Assembly (NCBI GenBank): GCA_963768055.1 | Contig: CAVYGN010000002.1 | Coordinates: forward strand, 1,280,001 to 1,344,000 | Direction of reading: 5' to 3' | Source of the DNA: an uncultured Spirochaetota bacterium | Lineage (GTDB): Bacteria > Spirochaetota > Brevinematia > Brevinematales > JAOACQ01 | DNA length: 64,000 nt | In this document: positions 18,560 to 28,321 of the stretch, piece after piece | Position numbering within the stretch: position 1 is the stretch's first letter | Layout: each line of letters opens with the position of its first letter | The notes under the pieces: model-generated | What the model saw: only the letters and a program-made list of their open reading frames with translations | Told to the model about the DNA's origin: nothing | Databases searched by the model: none | Program-made: the position numbers and the translations under genes

Positions 18560-20205
18560 TGGAGGAAAAAACTGTGCAGTCAAATCACGGGGATTACATT
18601 CCGTATTATGCCGATAAGGGGAAATTCCCCGGGATTTTCGGCTGGATCTTTGCAACAGACCACAAAAGGATCGGTATACTTTATCTTGTTCTGATCATAT
18701 CTTTCTTTACAATTGCCGTTTTTTTCGGGGTATTTATGCGTCTCAACATGATCCCCGGTTTGAAGATAATGACCGCCCAGCAGTACAACGCGCTTTTCAC
18801 CCTTCATGGAATAATCATGATCTTCCTTGTGGTGATCCCTGCGGTTCCCACAATTTTCGGAAATTTTTTCCTTCCGATCCTTATAGGCGCCAACGATATG
18901 GCTTTTCCGCGCTTGAACCTGTTCACATGGTATCTCTTTGCTGCCGGCGCGACCCTTGTTTTCGTATCGGTTTTTACCGGGGGAGGTCCGGTCGATACGG
19001 GCTGGACTTTCTACGTGCCTTTCAGCCTTAGAACGACTGTAAATGTTCCCCTTGCCACATTTTCCGTATTCGTCCTTGGAATGTCTTCAATACTCACAGG
19101 CATCAATATTGTAACCACTGTTCACCAGTTGAGGGCTCCCGGGATGGGATTCTTCAAAATGCCCCTCTCGGTATGGGGTTTTTATGCCACTGCATGGGTC
19201 CAGATCCTGGCCACACCGATCATAGGGATAACGATGGTTCTTATAGTTGTCGAGAGGTTCTTCGGAATAGGGGTTTTCGACCCCGTAAAGGGGGGCGATC
19301 CCCTGCTTTACCAGCACCTCTTCTGGATCTACTCGCATCCTGCTGTGTATATAATGATACTGCCTGCGATGGGAGTGATGTCCGATATTTTCCCGGTGTT
19401 CTCCCGGAAAAACATCTTCGGTTACAAAATGATAGCTTTTTCCAGCATAGCTATTGCGGCGGTGGGTTCCCTCGTATGGGGCCACCATATGTACGTGAGC
19501 GGCCAGAGCGATCTTGCTGGTATAATATTCTCGCTTCTAACCTTTCTCGTAGCCGTTCCGAGCGCGATTAAGGTTTTCAACTGGCTGGCCACCATGTACA
19601 AGGGCTCGATAAGGCTGGAACCGCCCTTTCTATACGCCCTTTCTTTCATTTTTCTCTTTTCGATCGGCGGATTGACCGGGCTTCTCATAGGCGCATTGTC
19701 GACCAATGTACACCTTCATAATACTTATTTTATTGTCGGCCATTTCCATTATGTAATATTCGGGGGAATGGGTTTCGGGATGTTCGCGGCTTTCCACTAC
19801 TGGCTCCCCAAGATAACGGGGCGAATGTACGCTAAAAATATCGCAGTGATCGCCTGGTTCATACAGTTCGCAGGGTTTAATATATTTTATTTTACCATGT
19901 TTATACTGGGCTGGGAGGGGATGCCGAGGCGCTATTACGATTATTTGCCGCAATACTCGGAACTGCATACAATAGCCAGCATAGGGGCTTTTATTATGGT
20001 TGCAGGTTTTATTTTAATGGCTTTTAACCTCCTTCGAGGGGTATTCAGGGGCAGTATCGCCCCGTCGAACCCATGGGAGGGCGCGACCCTTGAATGGTCC
20101 CTGCCGTCGCCCCCTGAAACCGAGGATTTCAGAGAAACGCCTGTAATTGCCAGAGGGCCTTACGATTTCTCTGATTTCAGGGAGAAAAATAATGCCGGAA
20201 AATAA
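18559..20205 (+). CDS. ctaD: Cytochrome c oxidase subunit I (A2 family)
   Basis: TDHKRIG, HGIIMIF, TGWTFY.P, FWIYSHPAVY, WGHH, HFHY, GMPRRY. Confidence 0.97.
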   Translation: MEEKTVQSNHGDYIPYYADKGKFPGIFGWIFATDHKRIGILYLVLIISFFTIAVFFGVFMRLNMIPGLKIMTAQQYNALFTLHGIIMIFLVVIPAVPTIFGNFFLPILIGANDMAFPRLNLFTWYLFAAGATLVFVSVFTGGGPVDTGWTFYVPFSLRTTVNVPLATFSVFVLGMSSILTGINIVTTVHQLRAPGMGFFKMPLSVWGFYATAWVQILATPIIGITMVLIVVERFFGIGVFDPVKGGDPLLYQHLFWIYSHPAVYIMILPAMGVMSDIFPVFSRKNIFGYKMIAFSSIAIAAVGSLVWGHHMYVSGQSDLAGIIFSLLTFLVAVPSAIKVFNWLATMYKGSIRLEPPFLYALSFIFLFSIGGLTGLLIGALSTNVHLHNTYFIVGHFHYVIFGGMGFGMFAAFHYWLPKITGRMYAKNIAVIAWFIQFAGFNIFYFTMFILGWEGMPRRYYDYLPQYSELHTIASIGAFIMVAGFILMAFNLLRGVFRGSIAPSNPWEGATLEWSLPSPPETEDFRETPVIARGPYDFSDFREKNNAGK

Positions 20206-20791
20206 AGGGAAAAAAGCCGACGGTAGGGTCGGAATGTGGCTTTTTATTTCTACGGAAGTCTTATTATTCGGCGGTTTGTTCCTTCTTTATTCGATGTACA
20301 GATTTAAACACGCGGTGGATTTTCATAACGGGTCTCTGGAGCTTTCCAGATTTGACGGAGCCCTGAATACATGCATCCTGATAACCAGCAGTCTTTTTAT
20401 AGCGCTTTCAATCTATTTCATGAACAGGAAAATGGAAAAGACCGCAGGGATCTACCTTTTATTGACAATATCGATGGCTTTCGGGTTTCTGATCGTAAAG
20501 GCGTTCGAGTGGGGCGCAAAATTCGAACATGGGCTTTACCCCGGGGCGAAGTATCTCCTCACTCTTCCAAAAGGGGAAATACTTTATTTCGGCCTTTATT
20601 TCATGATGACGGGACTCCATGCCCTTCACGTAATTGTCGGGATTGGAGTTTTGTCGTTAATGTATATTTTTCTACGCAGGGGCGTCCTTACGAAAATTTC
20701 CCCGGTAATGCTTGAAAATTCGGGGCTTTACTGGCATCTAGTCGATATTATCTGGATATTCCTCTTTCCGCTTTTCTATCTTATTACTTAG
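20192..20791 (+). CDS. ctaE: Cytochrome c oxidase subunit III
   Basis: GMWLFISTEVLLFGGLF, NT.ILITSS, TGLHALHV, GLYWHLVDIIW. Confidence 0.93.
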   Translation: MPENKGKKADGRVGMWLFISTEVLLFGGLFLLYSMYRFKHAVDFHNGSLELSRFDGALNTCILITSSLFIALSIYFMNRKMEKTAGIYLLLTISMAFGFLIVKAFEWGAKFEHGLYPGAKYLLTLPKGEILYFGLYFMMTGLHALHVIVGIGVLSLMYIFLRRGVLTKISPVMLENSGLYWHLVDIIWIFLFPLFYLIT

Positions 20792-20800
20792 GAGGCGCTT

Positions 20801-21089
20801 ATGGGTGAAAAGAGCGTTAAAGAAGCAGGGATAGGCACATATCTCACTATCTGGGCCGCACTTATTATCTTTACAGGAATCACGGTTACCACGGCGAGCT
20901 TAAATCTGGGGCAGATAGGCATTGTGATCGTGCTTTCCATAGCGGCAATTAAATCGACCCTGGTGCTGCTCTATTTTCATGCACCTGCGCTACCAGAAGA
21001 TGACATTAATAAAACTTGTTATTCCTATAGCGATCGTTGTTCTCGCTATTTTTATCGGCTTGACATATTCCGACGTCGTCTCAAGGTAA
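20801..21089 (+). pseudogene. ctaF: Cytochrome c oxidase subunit IV, frameshifted as sequenced
   Basis: Removing one T from TTTT 20974-20977 restores KSTLVLLYFMHLRY...GLTYSDVVSR*, the family motif. Confidence 0.75.
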
Positions 21090-21104
21090 GGAGGGATATA
21101 AAGT

Positions 21105-22022
21105 ATGTCAACATCGGCTGTCGAAGTTAACGGCGCATTGATATATATACTCGCCATTTCACTACTCATGTTCTTCCTGATAGTTTTCTTCATGGTGTAT
21201 TTTCTTGTCCGCTACAGGCGTTCAAGGAACCCGGTGCCCGAGGAATTGCATGGCGATGTTTTTCTTGAGACGGTATGGGTGATCGTTCCCATGCTGATAA
21301 TGCTTTCGATGTTTTATTACGGAATGACAGGGTTCGTATTCCTCAGGAATCCTCCGGCTAATTCCATAAATGTCAAAGTTCATGCGAGACAGTGGTCATG
21401 GCTCTTCGAATATGCCAACGGCACAAAAAGCCCCGATCTTGTCATTCCTCTCGGGAAAAATATAAGATGCGAACTTTCTTCCGACGACGTTATCCATGGG
21501 TTTTACATCCCGGCCTTCCGTATACAGCAGGATGCGCTGCCGGGATTCAAAACCGAAGCCTGGTTCAATGCGACGGTTCCCGGAACTTATGATATTTTAT
21601 GTTCCCAATACTGCGGTTTGAAACATTCGGACATGCTTGCGAAACTTGTCGTGGTTTCTTCCGATCAGTTCGATACATGGCTCGCGGGCGGGAAAATAAG
21701 CTATCCGGGAAAATCCCAGCCTTCGGGCATGCCCCCCGGATACATGCTGATCAGGGAGCGGGGATGCCTTTCGTGCCATTCCCTGGAAGGCGTAACCATG
21801 AGCGGGCCGCCTCTTAACGGTCTTTACGGTTCACAGGTTAAGGTTGTTACCGGAGGTGTCGAAAGGGTCCTCACCGCCGACGACGAATATATAGAAAAGC
21901 ATATCATTACACCGGGGGTTGATGTGGTGGAAGGGTTCCCGAATATTATGCCTTCCGGGAGAAACGAGCTTTCAGACAAGGAAATAGACGAAATTATTAA
22001 ATATCTTAAAACCCTGAAGTGA
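21105..22022 (+). CDS. ctaC: Cytochrome c oxidase subunit II with fused cytochrome c
   Basis: RQWSW, DVIHGF, CSQYCGLKHSDM CuA site; CLSCH heme c motif. Confidence 0.95.
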   Translation: MSTSAVEVNGALIYILAISLLMFFLIVFFMVYFLVRYRRSRNPVPEELHGDVFLETVWVIVPMLIMLSMFYYGMTGFVFLRNPPANSINVKVHARQWSWLFEYANGTKSPDLVIPLGKNIRCELSSDDVIHGFYIPAFRIQQDALPGFKTEAWFNATVPGTYDILCSQYCGLKHSDMLAKLVVVSSDQFDTWLAGGKISYPGKSQPSGMPPGYMLIRERGCLSCHSLEGVTMSGPPLNGLYGSQVKVVTGGVERVLTADDEYIEKHIITPGVDVVEGFPNIMPSGRNELSDKEIDEIIKYLKTLK

Positions 22023-22876
22023 AAAAAATAAAATATTTAGGCATACTTGGAGAACTGGCGAGGGTTAATCTTTCCCTTGCCGTGTCTTTTTCCGCGGCCG
22101 CCTGTTATTTTATGAAAAGACAAAGGGTAGATTGGGCGGCTTTGTATACATTCCTGGGGGTTTTTTTATTATCCGCCTCGGCTTCGGCGTTAAATCAATA
22201 CCAGGAAAGGGCCTTCGATGCGATCATGGGGAGGACGAAGGGGCGTCCAATTCCTTCCGGAAGGCTGTCTCCTGCGGCGGCTGTTTACACGGCTTTCATC
22301 TTCGGGATTGCCGGGTTTTCCATCCTCTTTTTCAGCGTATCGCCCGTACCGGCTTTTCTCGGGATTTTGACACTTTTATGGTATAACGTTTTATATACTC
22401 CCTTAAAAAGGGCTTGGCCTTACGCGTTTATTGCAGGGGCTTTTTCAGGAGCGATCCCTCCAATTATAGGCTGGTCGGCGGCCGGGGGCGGACTTTTCGA
22501 CCATGCGATTTTAATTGTTTCATTATTCATGTATTTATGGCAGATACCCCATTTTCTATTGCTTAATCTGGAGTATCGCGAAGAATATTCGTCGGCAGGG
22601 TTCCCCTCGGTTTTTAAAGGGAGGGATGGAAATAATGCGGTCAGGATTATTTTTTTCTCCCTTATCGGTGCGGCGGCTGTAACATTTTTCTTTCCCCTGT
22701 TTAAAGCTGTATCGGGTATAATCGTTCCGGGGGTCATGATACTTGCAGGTTTGGCGGTAATATTATACTTTTACATCAATACTTTCACCCTGAAAAATGC
22801 TTTCGAATTTAAAAGATGTGTAAAGGCTCTTTATTATTACCAGGCGGCGGTTCTTATATTGATAATGCTAAAGTGA
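22019..22876 (+). CDS. ctaB: Protoheme IX farnesyltransferase (heme O synthase)
   Basis: LNQYQE..FDAIMGRT.GRPIPSGR, LYTPLKR, GA.PP.IGW, WQIPHF. Confidence 0.93.
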   Translation: MKKIKYLGILGELARVNLSLAVSFSAAACYFMKRQRVDWAALYTFLGVFLLSASASALNQYQERAFDAIMGRTKGRPIPSGRLSPAAAVYTAFIFGIAGFSILFFSVSPVPAFLGILTLLWYNVLYTPLKRAWPYAFIAGAFSGAIPPIIGWSAAGGGLFDHAILIVSLFMYLWQIPHFLLLNLEYREEYSSAGFPSVFKGRDGNNAVRIIFFSLIGAAAVTFFFPLFKAVSGIIVPGVMILAGLAVILYFYINTFTLKNAFEFKRCVKALYYYQAAVLILIMLK

Positions 22877-22881
22877 TGCGA

Positions 22882-23094
22882 TTAAGCGGTTTCGTCAAAA
22901 TTATTGCCCAGGTTCGGTTCTTCGAGGGGCCTTTCCCTTGCGGGTTCCCTTTCCCTTGCCTGAGGGTTGTCAGCTTCAGTTTCTTTCACAGTCTCCTGTT
23001 CATTAATCTGCCTGGCTTCCTCGGCTTTTATCTGCTCTCTTTGCTGCGGTTCCAATATCGTTTCGAAAGGCTGCTGCACCTGTGAAATGATCAT
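22882..23094 (-). CDS. Small acidic protein with C-terminal LG..D..A motif
   Basis: 70 aa, GGA-type RBS, similar to 27881-28084. Confidence 0.6.
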   Translation of the reverse strand: MIISQVQQPFETILEPQQREQIKAEEARQINEQETVKETEADNPQAREREPARERPLEEPNLGNNFDETA

Positions 23095-23137
23095 ATTAAT
23101 TTCCTATAATATAATCTAATTTCAAGCGGGAAATAAG

Positions 23138-24067
23138 TCAATTCACGCTTCTTATAAGAAAAGCAAGTTCCATCCTGCTGTTTACATGGGTTTTGCTGTA
23201 AATATGATGGATATGGTTTTTAACGGTTTTTGGAGAAATGAAAAGTTTATCGCTCATCTCGCGGTTATTCAACCCCCTGAGGATTAACAGGAGAATCTCC
23301 TGTTCGCGGCCGGAAATGCCGTATTTTTCGTAAAAGGCTTTACCCGGCTCGTTTAACGGCGATGTTTCGGGAAAACGAGGGAAAAATCGTATAGTTATGA
23401 TCAGGAAAAAAAGGTTCAAGAGGAAATAAAAAGAGAGTTGAAAAACAAGGCCTCCTATATTTCCCATATCAAGATATCCTCCCGCAATCCGTGAGGAAAA
23501 CCAATCGAATATAAGAAATCCGTAGTAAAAAATTAAAGCGGCCCATAACATCCATGAAACAATTTCATTTTTTACGATATTTTTACGGTAGACTACGGCT
23601 ATAACCGGAAGAGAGACTGCGATAAGTATCTGAACTCCTGAAGTAAACCATTCCAGTATTGAAAAAAGCAAAGCCCCTCCGGTAATAGTACCGGAAAATA
23701 AATAAGGGATTGAGAATGCCGCCGCCGTTGTTAAAGCAAAAATCGTGACAGTAATAATTCCCCCTTTTTCATACTTTAAGGCCAGCAGATGCATCAGCAT
23801 TGCCGGAATGAAGAATAAAAAAAGACGGCTTAAATCTTCAATTAAATTGTAAAGAACCATGGTAGTAATGTAATAAACCGACCGGTCCAATCTGACCGAA
23901 AAGAGCAATCCGAAAAGAATAACCCTTAATGTAAAGATCAACAGGAATACCATATAAAACAGAACAGTGCGGTTCCTGTATTTTAAATAATAAATTATGG
24001 AGACAACGAGAGATGCAAATCCCATTGAAAAGGATGCGATTTGTATATATATAAGCAATTCTAACAT
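23138..24067 (-). CDS. Membrane-anchored LuxR-family regulator
   Basis: ~7 TM segments + C-terminal ISGREQEIL...LNNREMS.KLFISPKTVKNH. Confidence 0.9.
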   Translation of the reverse strand: MLELLIYIQIASFSMGFASLVVSIIYYLKYRNRTVLFYMVFLLIFTLRVILFGLLFSVRLDRSVYYITTMVLYNLIEDLSRLFLFFIPAMLMHLLALKYEKGGIITVTIFALTTAAAFSIPYLFSGTITGGALLFSILEWFTSGVQILIAVSLPVIAVVYRKNIVKNEIVSWMLWAALIFYYGFLIFDWFSSRIAGGYLDMGNIGGLVFQLSFYFLLNLFFLIITIRFFPRFPETSPLNEPGKAFYEKYGISGREQEILLLILRGLNNREMSDKLFISPKTVKNHIHHIYSKTHVNSRMELAFLIRSVN

Positions 24068-24123
24068 GGGCAGTTCCTCATAATATTTTATTCCGAGTAT
24101 GGCGAATAGTCAAAACAATATTA

Positions 24124-24163
24124 AAATGAACCGGTATTACCATGCAAATGAACCGTTTTACCC
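24124..24163. promoter_or_regulatory. Direct repeat AAATGAACCG x2 (22-bp spacing), putative regulator site
   Basis: Copies at 24124 and 24146 in the divergent intergenic region. Confidence 0.55.
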
Positions 24164-24218
24164 ATTGTTAAATTGCGTTTAAAATGCTACCATTATTTCA
24201 TTAAAGGAGGATCGGACA

Positions 24219-25100
24219 ATGAGTAAAAAGTTTAAAATTCTTTTAATGTCGTTTTGTTTCTGCTCATTTCTAGTCGCAGCAGTTTTTTCTATGGGCGGCA
24301 AAGTAGAAAATATTCCTATAAAGCCTTATTCGCGTATTAATATTCATGACGGCGAATTTCTGAAATATGTAAATTATGAGGACGGAGGGGGAATAGGCGG
24401 AGTATTTTACCAGGTAACCAGGATTGAAACCAATAAGGCTGGAAATATTTTATACAGGATCTATCAATGCATACTTTCCGCTAAAGACTTTAAAAAATCC
24501 CCGGGATACTATAAAAATTGGCCTTCGTATTACCTGATAGACCCGAAGTTGGGTTCTGTAATCGAATCATTGACCGTTTACAACACAAACGATACGAAAA
24601 ATGAAGTTAATTACAGTATGGGATTCGAGGGGATGGTATACTGGCATTATAAATTTGATTATGAAACAGGGCATATTGAAAATGTTACAAAATATGTAAA
24701 AGATACTCTAACGAACACGAAAACATGCAGTGTAAACGTGAATCCCGATATACCTGCCTGGGACCCGACTTCCCTCATATATTTTCTTGGAAGGTTCTTA
24801 GATCCGCGAAGCCCCGGAATTTTTTATATGGTGGCTCCTGAAATTATGAAGAATCCCATCCCTTTTTCGATAAAGCTGGCTAAAAAGGAAAACATAAGTA
24901 CAAAAGCAGGTAATTTTATAGCAAACAAAGTTAATACTATCTCCGGCGATCCGTTTATAGGGAAACTGATGGAACCTTTCATAAAAAATTGGATAATCTG
25001 GGTTGCCGATTCGGACAGCAGGCTTATAGTTAAATTACGTCCCCCGGCCGGAGGGCTTAGTATTGTTCTCGAAGAGATTTCAAACGTGAATGTTAAGTAG
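24219..25100 (+). CDS. Secreted hypothetical protein (DUF3108-like C-terminus)
   Basis: Signal peptide, AAGGAGG RBS, E.I.TKAG.F and IWVA...R.IVK motifs. Confidence 0.6.
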   Translation: MSKKFKILLMSFCFCSFLVAAVFSMGGKVENIPIKPYSRINIHDGEFLKYVNYEDGGGIGGVFYQVTRIETNKAGNILYRIYQCILSAKDFKKSPGYYKNWPSYYLIDPKLGSVIESLTVYNTNDTKNEVNYSMGFEGMVYWHYKFDYETGHIENVTKYVKDTLTNTKTCSVNVNPDIPAWDPTSLIYFLGRFLDPRSPGIFYMVAPEIMKNPIPFSIKLAKKENISTKAGNFIANKVNTISGDPFIGKLMEPFIKNWIIWVADSDSRLIVKLRPPAGGLSIVLEEISNVNVK

Positions 25101-25192
25101 ATAGGAGTATTTTAGCGGTTATATGCTTGAAATTTTTTCTTGCATTGAATAAAATATTATCCTGAATCGAATTTTTTGATGGAGGTGATCCG

Positions 25193-26428
25193 ATGGACTC
25201 TCAAAAAGTAATAGTCTATCCCTACAGATGGGTGATTCTCTTATCCTACATGATAATAATGGCGCTGCAACAGCTCCTCTGGATAACTTTTGCAAATATT
25301 ACTGTGGAAGCAGCGGCATTCTATAATGTTTCCGATATCAGTATCGGCCTGTTATCGATGGTATTTATGATAGCATATGTATTCGTATCAATACCCTGTT
25401 CCTGGCTGATCGACACCAAGGGTTTCCGTTTCGCAGTAGGGCTGGGGGCGGTAATTACAGGCGTATTCGGCCTTCTGCGCGGCATATTCGCCGGGAACTT
25501 CATAATCGTTTTTCTCTGCCAGATGGGCATAGCCGTAGCTCAGCCGCTTGTCATTAACGCCGTAACCAGGGTTTCATACAGGTGGTTCCCCATGAGCGAA
25601 AGGGCCACCGCGGGGGGTTTAGCCTGGCTTGGCGCATATGCCGGCATTATAATCGGCCTGACCCTCACGCCTTTTCTGGCTAAAGTTCAGGGGATAAGCG
25701 GCATGCTCATAGATTACGGAGTGGTATCCGCCGCCGCCGCCATATTATTTATATTTACGGCAAAGGAAAATCCTCCTACTCCCCAGAGCCCTCTTGAACA
25801 GGAGGAAAAGACTTTAGTATTCGAAGGGTTGAGAAGGCTTATTGCAAAAAAAGACTTCGTTTTCCTGATGCTTATATTTTTTGTCGGCCTCGGGGTTTTT
25901 AACGCCATTGCGACATGGCTCGAGGAAATAGTAAAACCGAGGGGCTTCACGTCCGAACAGGCGGGGATAATGGGCGGAGTGATGGTAGCCAGCGGCATAT
26001 TGGGGTCGGCCGTTGTACCCATGCTCTCGGACAGATTCAGGAACCGCACCCGTTTCATCCTTCTGGCGGTGGCCGGATCGATTCCGGGGCTACTTGGGAT
26101 AGCTTTTTCGACCAGTTACCCTGTAATACTCCTGTCATCTGCAATCCTGGGATTTTTCCTGCTGAGCACCGCACCTGTCGGGTTTCAGTACGGTTCGGAG
26201 ATTGCAAAACCGGCCCCGGGTGGAACCTCTACCGGAGTGCTCATGATGATGGGTCAGGTTTCCGGGATAGCCTTCATCTTCGGCATGGATATTTTTAAAT
26301 CGCCCATCACCGGGTCGATGACATCCCCGATGGTAGTTCTTATCCTCCTGATGATCATCTGCATAATGCTTGCGATATTCCTTAAGGAATCGGGGCTTAT
26401 GCGGGGGGAAAAAGAAAAGGCGGACTAA
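25193..26428 (+). CDS. MFS transporter
   Basis: YPYRWVIL start, 12 TM, WFP.SERATA, LSDRF. Confidence 0.92.
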   Translation: MDSQKVIVYPYRWVILLSYMIIMALQQLLWITFANITVEAAAFYNVSDISIGLLSMVFMIAYVFVSIPCSWLIDTKGFRFAVGLGAVITGVFGLLRGIFAGNFIIVFLCQMGIAVAQPLVINAVTRVSYRWFPMSERATAGGLAWLGAYAGIIIGLTLTPFLAKVQGISGMLIDYGVVSAAAAILFIFTAKENPPTPQSPLEQEEKTLVFEGLRRLIAKKDFVFLMLIFFVGLGVFNAIATWLEEIVKPRGFTSEQAGIMGGVMVASGILGSAVVPMLSDRFRNRTRFILLAVAGSIPGLLGIAFSTSYPVILLSSAILGFFLLSTAPVGFQYGSEIAKPAPGGTSTGVLMMMGQVSGIAFIFGMDIFKSPITGSMTSPMVVLILLMIICIMLAIFLKESGLMRGEKEKAD

Positions 26429-26536
26429 AATCATTCCGCCGTTTGGTCCGAGCTCGGAGCTCGGGCTCCGGGCATGCCGGCAATAATCGACGCCGCTAGT
26501 GAAAGTAGAAAAGGGCCGAAGGCTAACGATTTCGGG

Positions 26537-27031
26537 TTAGATAGGGATTTGAGGAGAAGGCAATACGAAAAGCTCTTCCCAGGGCATAAGCTTCATTCGT
26601 GTATAAAGCCCGAATCGTCCAGCGCCGAATTTTTCTTTAAGGGCGGACCTGCTTATGGGCAGGAATCCGATCTTTTTCAGCATTTCCCTGGAAGGCCTGT
26701 TTTTCTTTTCTGCGGCCGCGAAAATCTCAGCCGGCCCGATATCATTTATTATGGAATCGTTTGCCCTGAGGATCAGTCTTTCTCCGGTTCCTTTTCTCCT
26801 GAAGGCGGGATGCACCGCAAGGTAGTAAAGATAGCCCATTTTTTTGTTTTCAAGATCGATTATCAGGTAGTCGATCGCCCCGATTATTTCAGCGCCTTCT
26901 TCCGCGACAATGGCATTCCTGAGAATGGAAAAGCTCATTTTAGCGAAATAGGCGTAAATAGGGCTGAAAGAAAGTGTGAGGATCTCGTTTATCGCCGGCA
27001 GGTCGTTTTGCACCGGCGCTCTGAAAGTCAT
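26537..27031 (-). CDS. GNAT family N-acetyltransferase
   Basis: LAVHPAFRRKGTG acetyl-CoA motif; N..S..M.KKIGF. Confidence 0.88.
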   Translation of the reverse strand: MTFRAPVQNDLPAINEILTLSFSPIYAYFAKMSFSILRNAIVAEEGAEIIGAIDYLIIDLENKKMGYLYYLAVHPAFRRKGTGERLILRANDSIINDIGPAEIFAAAEKKNRPSREMLKKIGFLPISRSALKEKFGAGRFGLYTRMKLMPWEELFVLPSPQIPI

Positions 27032-27255
27032 AAGCCCTCTTATTAATTGTAAATATAATCGGATCGGATGTAAATATAATGAACCTTTCCAAAGCAAAAA
27101 AATCCGCAGAGCTTCGGTGCAGATTCCCCACTATAAGGGAGCGCTTACAATCGGGTCCTTACCGGCTCAGCTTGATCTTATAAGTGTAACTAATTATACT
27201 GAAAGTAATAAATAATGAAAAACTTTACAAAATCTCATTCAGAAAGGAGCTTCTT

Positions 27256-27675
27256 ATGAAAAAATTGCTGTTATTCACTCTCGCAATACTTGCAATCTCC
27301 CCCTTAATTTTTGCCGGAGAAACGAATTATGTAGATAAGCTTGCAGTAAAATCCTGTGATTCTATCGTTATGACAATTGACAAAGGCGATTATAACAGGA
27401 GTTATGAACTATCTGCAAAATACTTTAAAAACTCGTTGGGGTCAAGCGACAAATGGACAGAGATGTTAAATACGGTGAGAAAACCGTTAGGGAAGAGCCT
27501 GTCAAGGGAACTTATATCGTCAAATTCCATGAACCAGGTACCGGGAGCGCCTGACGGCGATTATGTTCAGGTAAAATATAAAACATCTTTTGAAAATAAA
27601 AAAGAATCCGTTGAAACAGTCGTTGTGATTAAAGAAGACAATAAATGGAAACTGGACGGATATTTTATTAAATGA
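27256..27675 (+). CDS. DUF4019-like exported protein
   Basis: Signal peptide; RKPLG....R, PGAPDGDYV..KY.TSFENK..SVETV, W.L.GYFI. Confidence 0.85.
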   Translation: MKKLLLFTLAILAISPLIFAGETNYVDKLAVKSCDSIVMTIDKGDYNRSYELSAKYFKNSLGSSDKWTEMLNTVRKPLGKSLSRELISSNSMNQVPGAPDGDYVQVKYKTSFENKKESVETVVVIKEDNKWKLDGYFIK

Positions 27676-27818
27676 AATTCTAGCGGCAACCCGGATGGTA
27701 TATGACAAAAATCAAACCGGACAATTGAATTCATTGTTACTTACGAACTCACACCGGTCCTCAACGCCCTTAAAAAGCTGCTGGAAAGCGATTGAATTTT
27801 GTGAAGATGGATTCCATC

Positions 27819-27847
27819 TTGACATAAAATGAGAAAAAAAGTATATT
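27819..27847 (+). promoter_or_regulatory. Sigma70-type promoter
   Basis: TTGACA-17bp-TATATT upstream of 27881. Confidence 0.6.
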
Positions 27848-27880
27848 GAATATGGAATGAATCGAGACAGGGAGGTATTT

Positions 27881-28084
27881 ATGATCATTAATCCTGTTCA
27901 GCAGTTTAATGAATTAACCGCTACCCAGAAACAAAAACAGGAAATGGAGGCAATTGAAGAAAAAAAGGCAGATCAGGCAGACCAGCAGAACAAAGCCCGT
28001 AAAGAGGAGGAGTTAAAGCCTCCGGACCAGAAGCCGACAATGGTTAAGGAACAATTGGGCAGAATAATCGATACAACGGTCTGA
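27881..28084 (+). CDS. Small charged protein with C-terminal LG..ID..V motif
   Basis: GGAGG RBS, own promoter, similar to 22882-23094. Confidence 0.65.
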   Translation: MIINPVQQFNELTATQKQKQEMEAIEEKKADQADQQNKARKEEELKPPDQKPTMVKEQLGRIIDTTV

Positions 28085-28101
28085 TAAGACCGCAGATCAT
28101 G

Positions 28102-28209
28102 CTATATATTTTTTTCTGATTTTTTCTGTTGTTTCTCTTTCCTCTTTTCTTTCAGGGTCTTTTGCGGAGGTTTTTTTGTTTCTTTAGCTCCCTTGTTCTT
28201 TTCTCCCAT
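28102..28209 (-). CDS. 35-aa Lys-rich small protein
   Basis: AGGAG RBS; MGEKNKGAKETKKPPQKTLKEKRKEKQQKKSEKNI*. Confidence 0.6.
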   Translation of the reverse strand: MGEKNKGAKETKKPPQKTLKEKRKEKQQKKSEKNI

Positions 28210-28321
28210 AGTTTTCTCCTTATTCTGAATATGGTTTTCTTTCGTTATGAATATTAAAAAATATCATAAAAAAAATCAAGTAAAATTTTAACTTAAAAAC
28301 ATAAATTCCTTCGATCAGGAA

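Noticed and set aside
26474..27046. 190-aa + strand ORF
   Set aside because: Opposite the GNAT gene, which has clear motifs and an RBS
27676..27795. Possible gene remnant (...IEFIVTYELTPVLNALKKLLESD*), vaguely HepT/DUF86-like
   Set aside because: Too short and degenerate to support without a search
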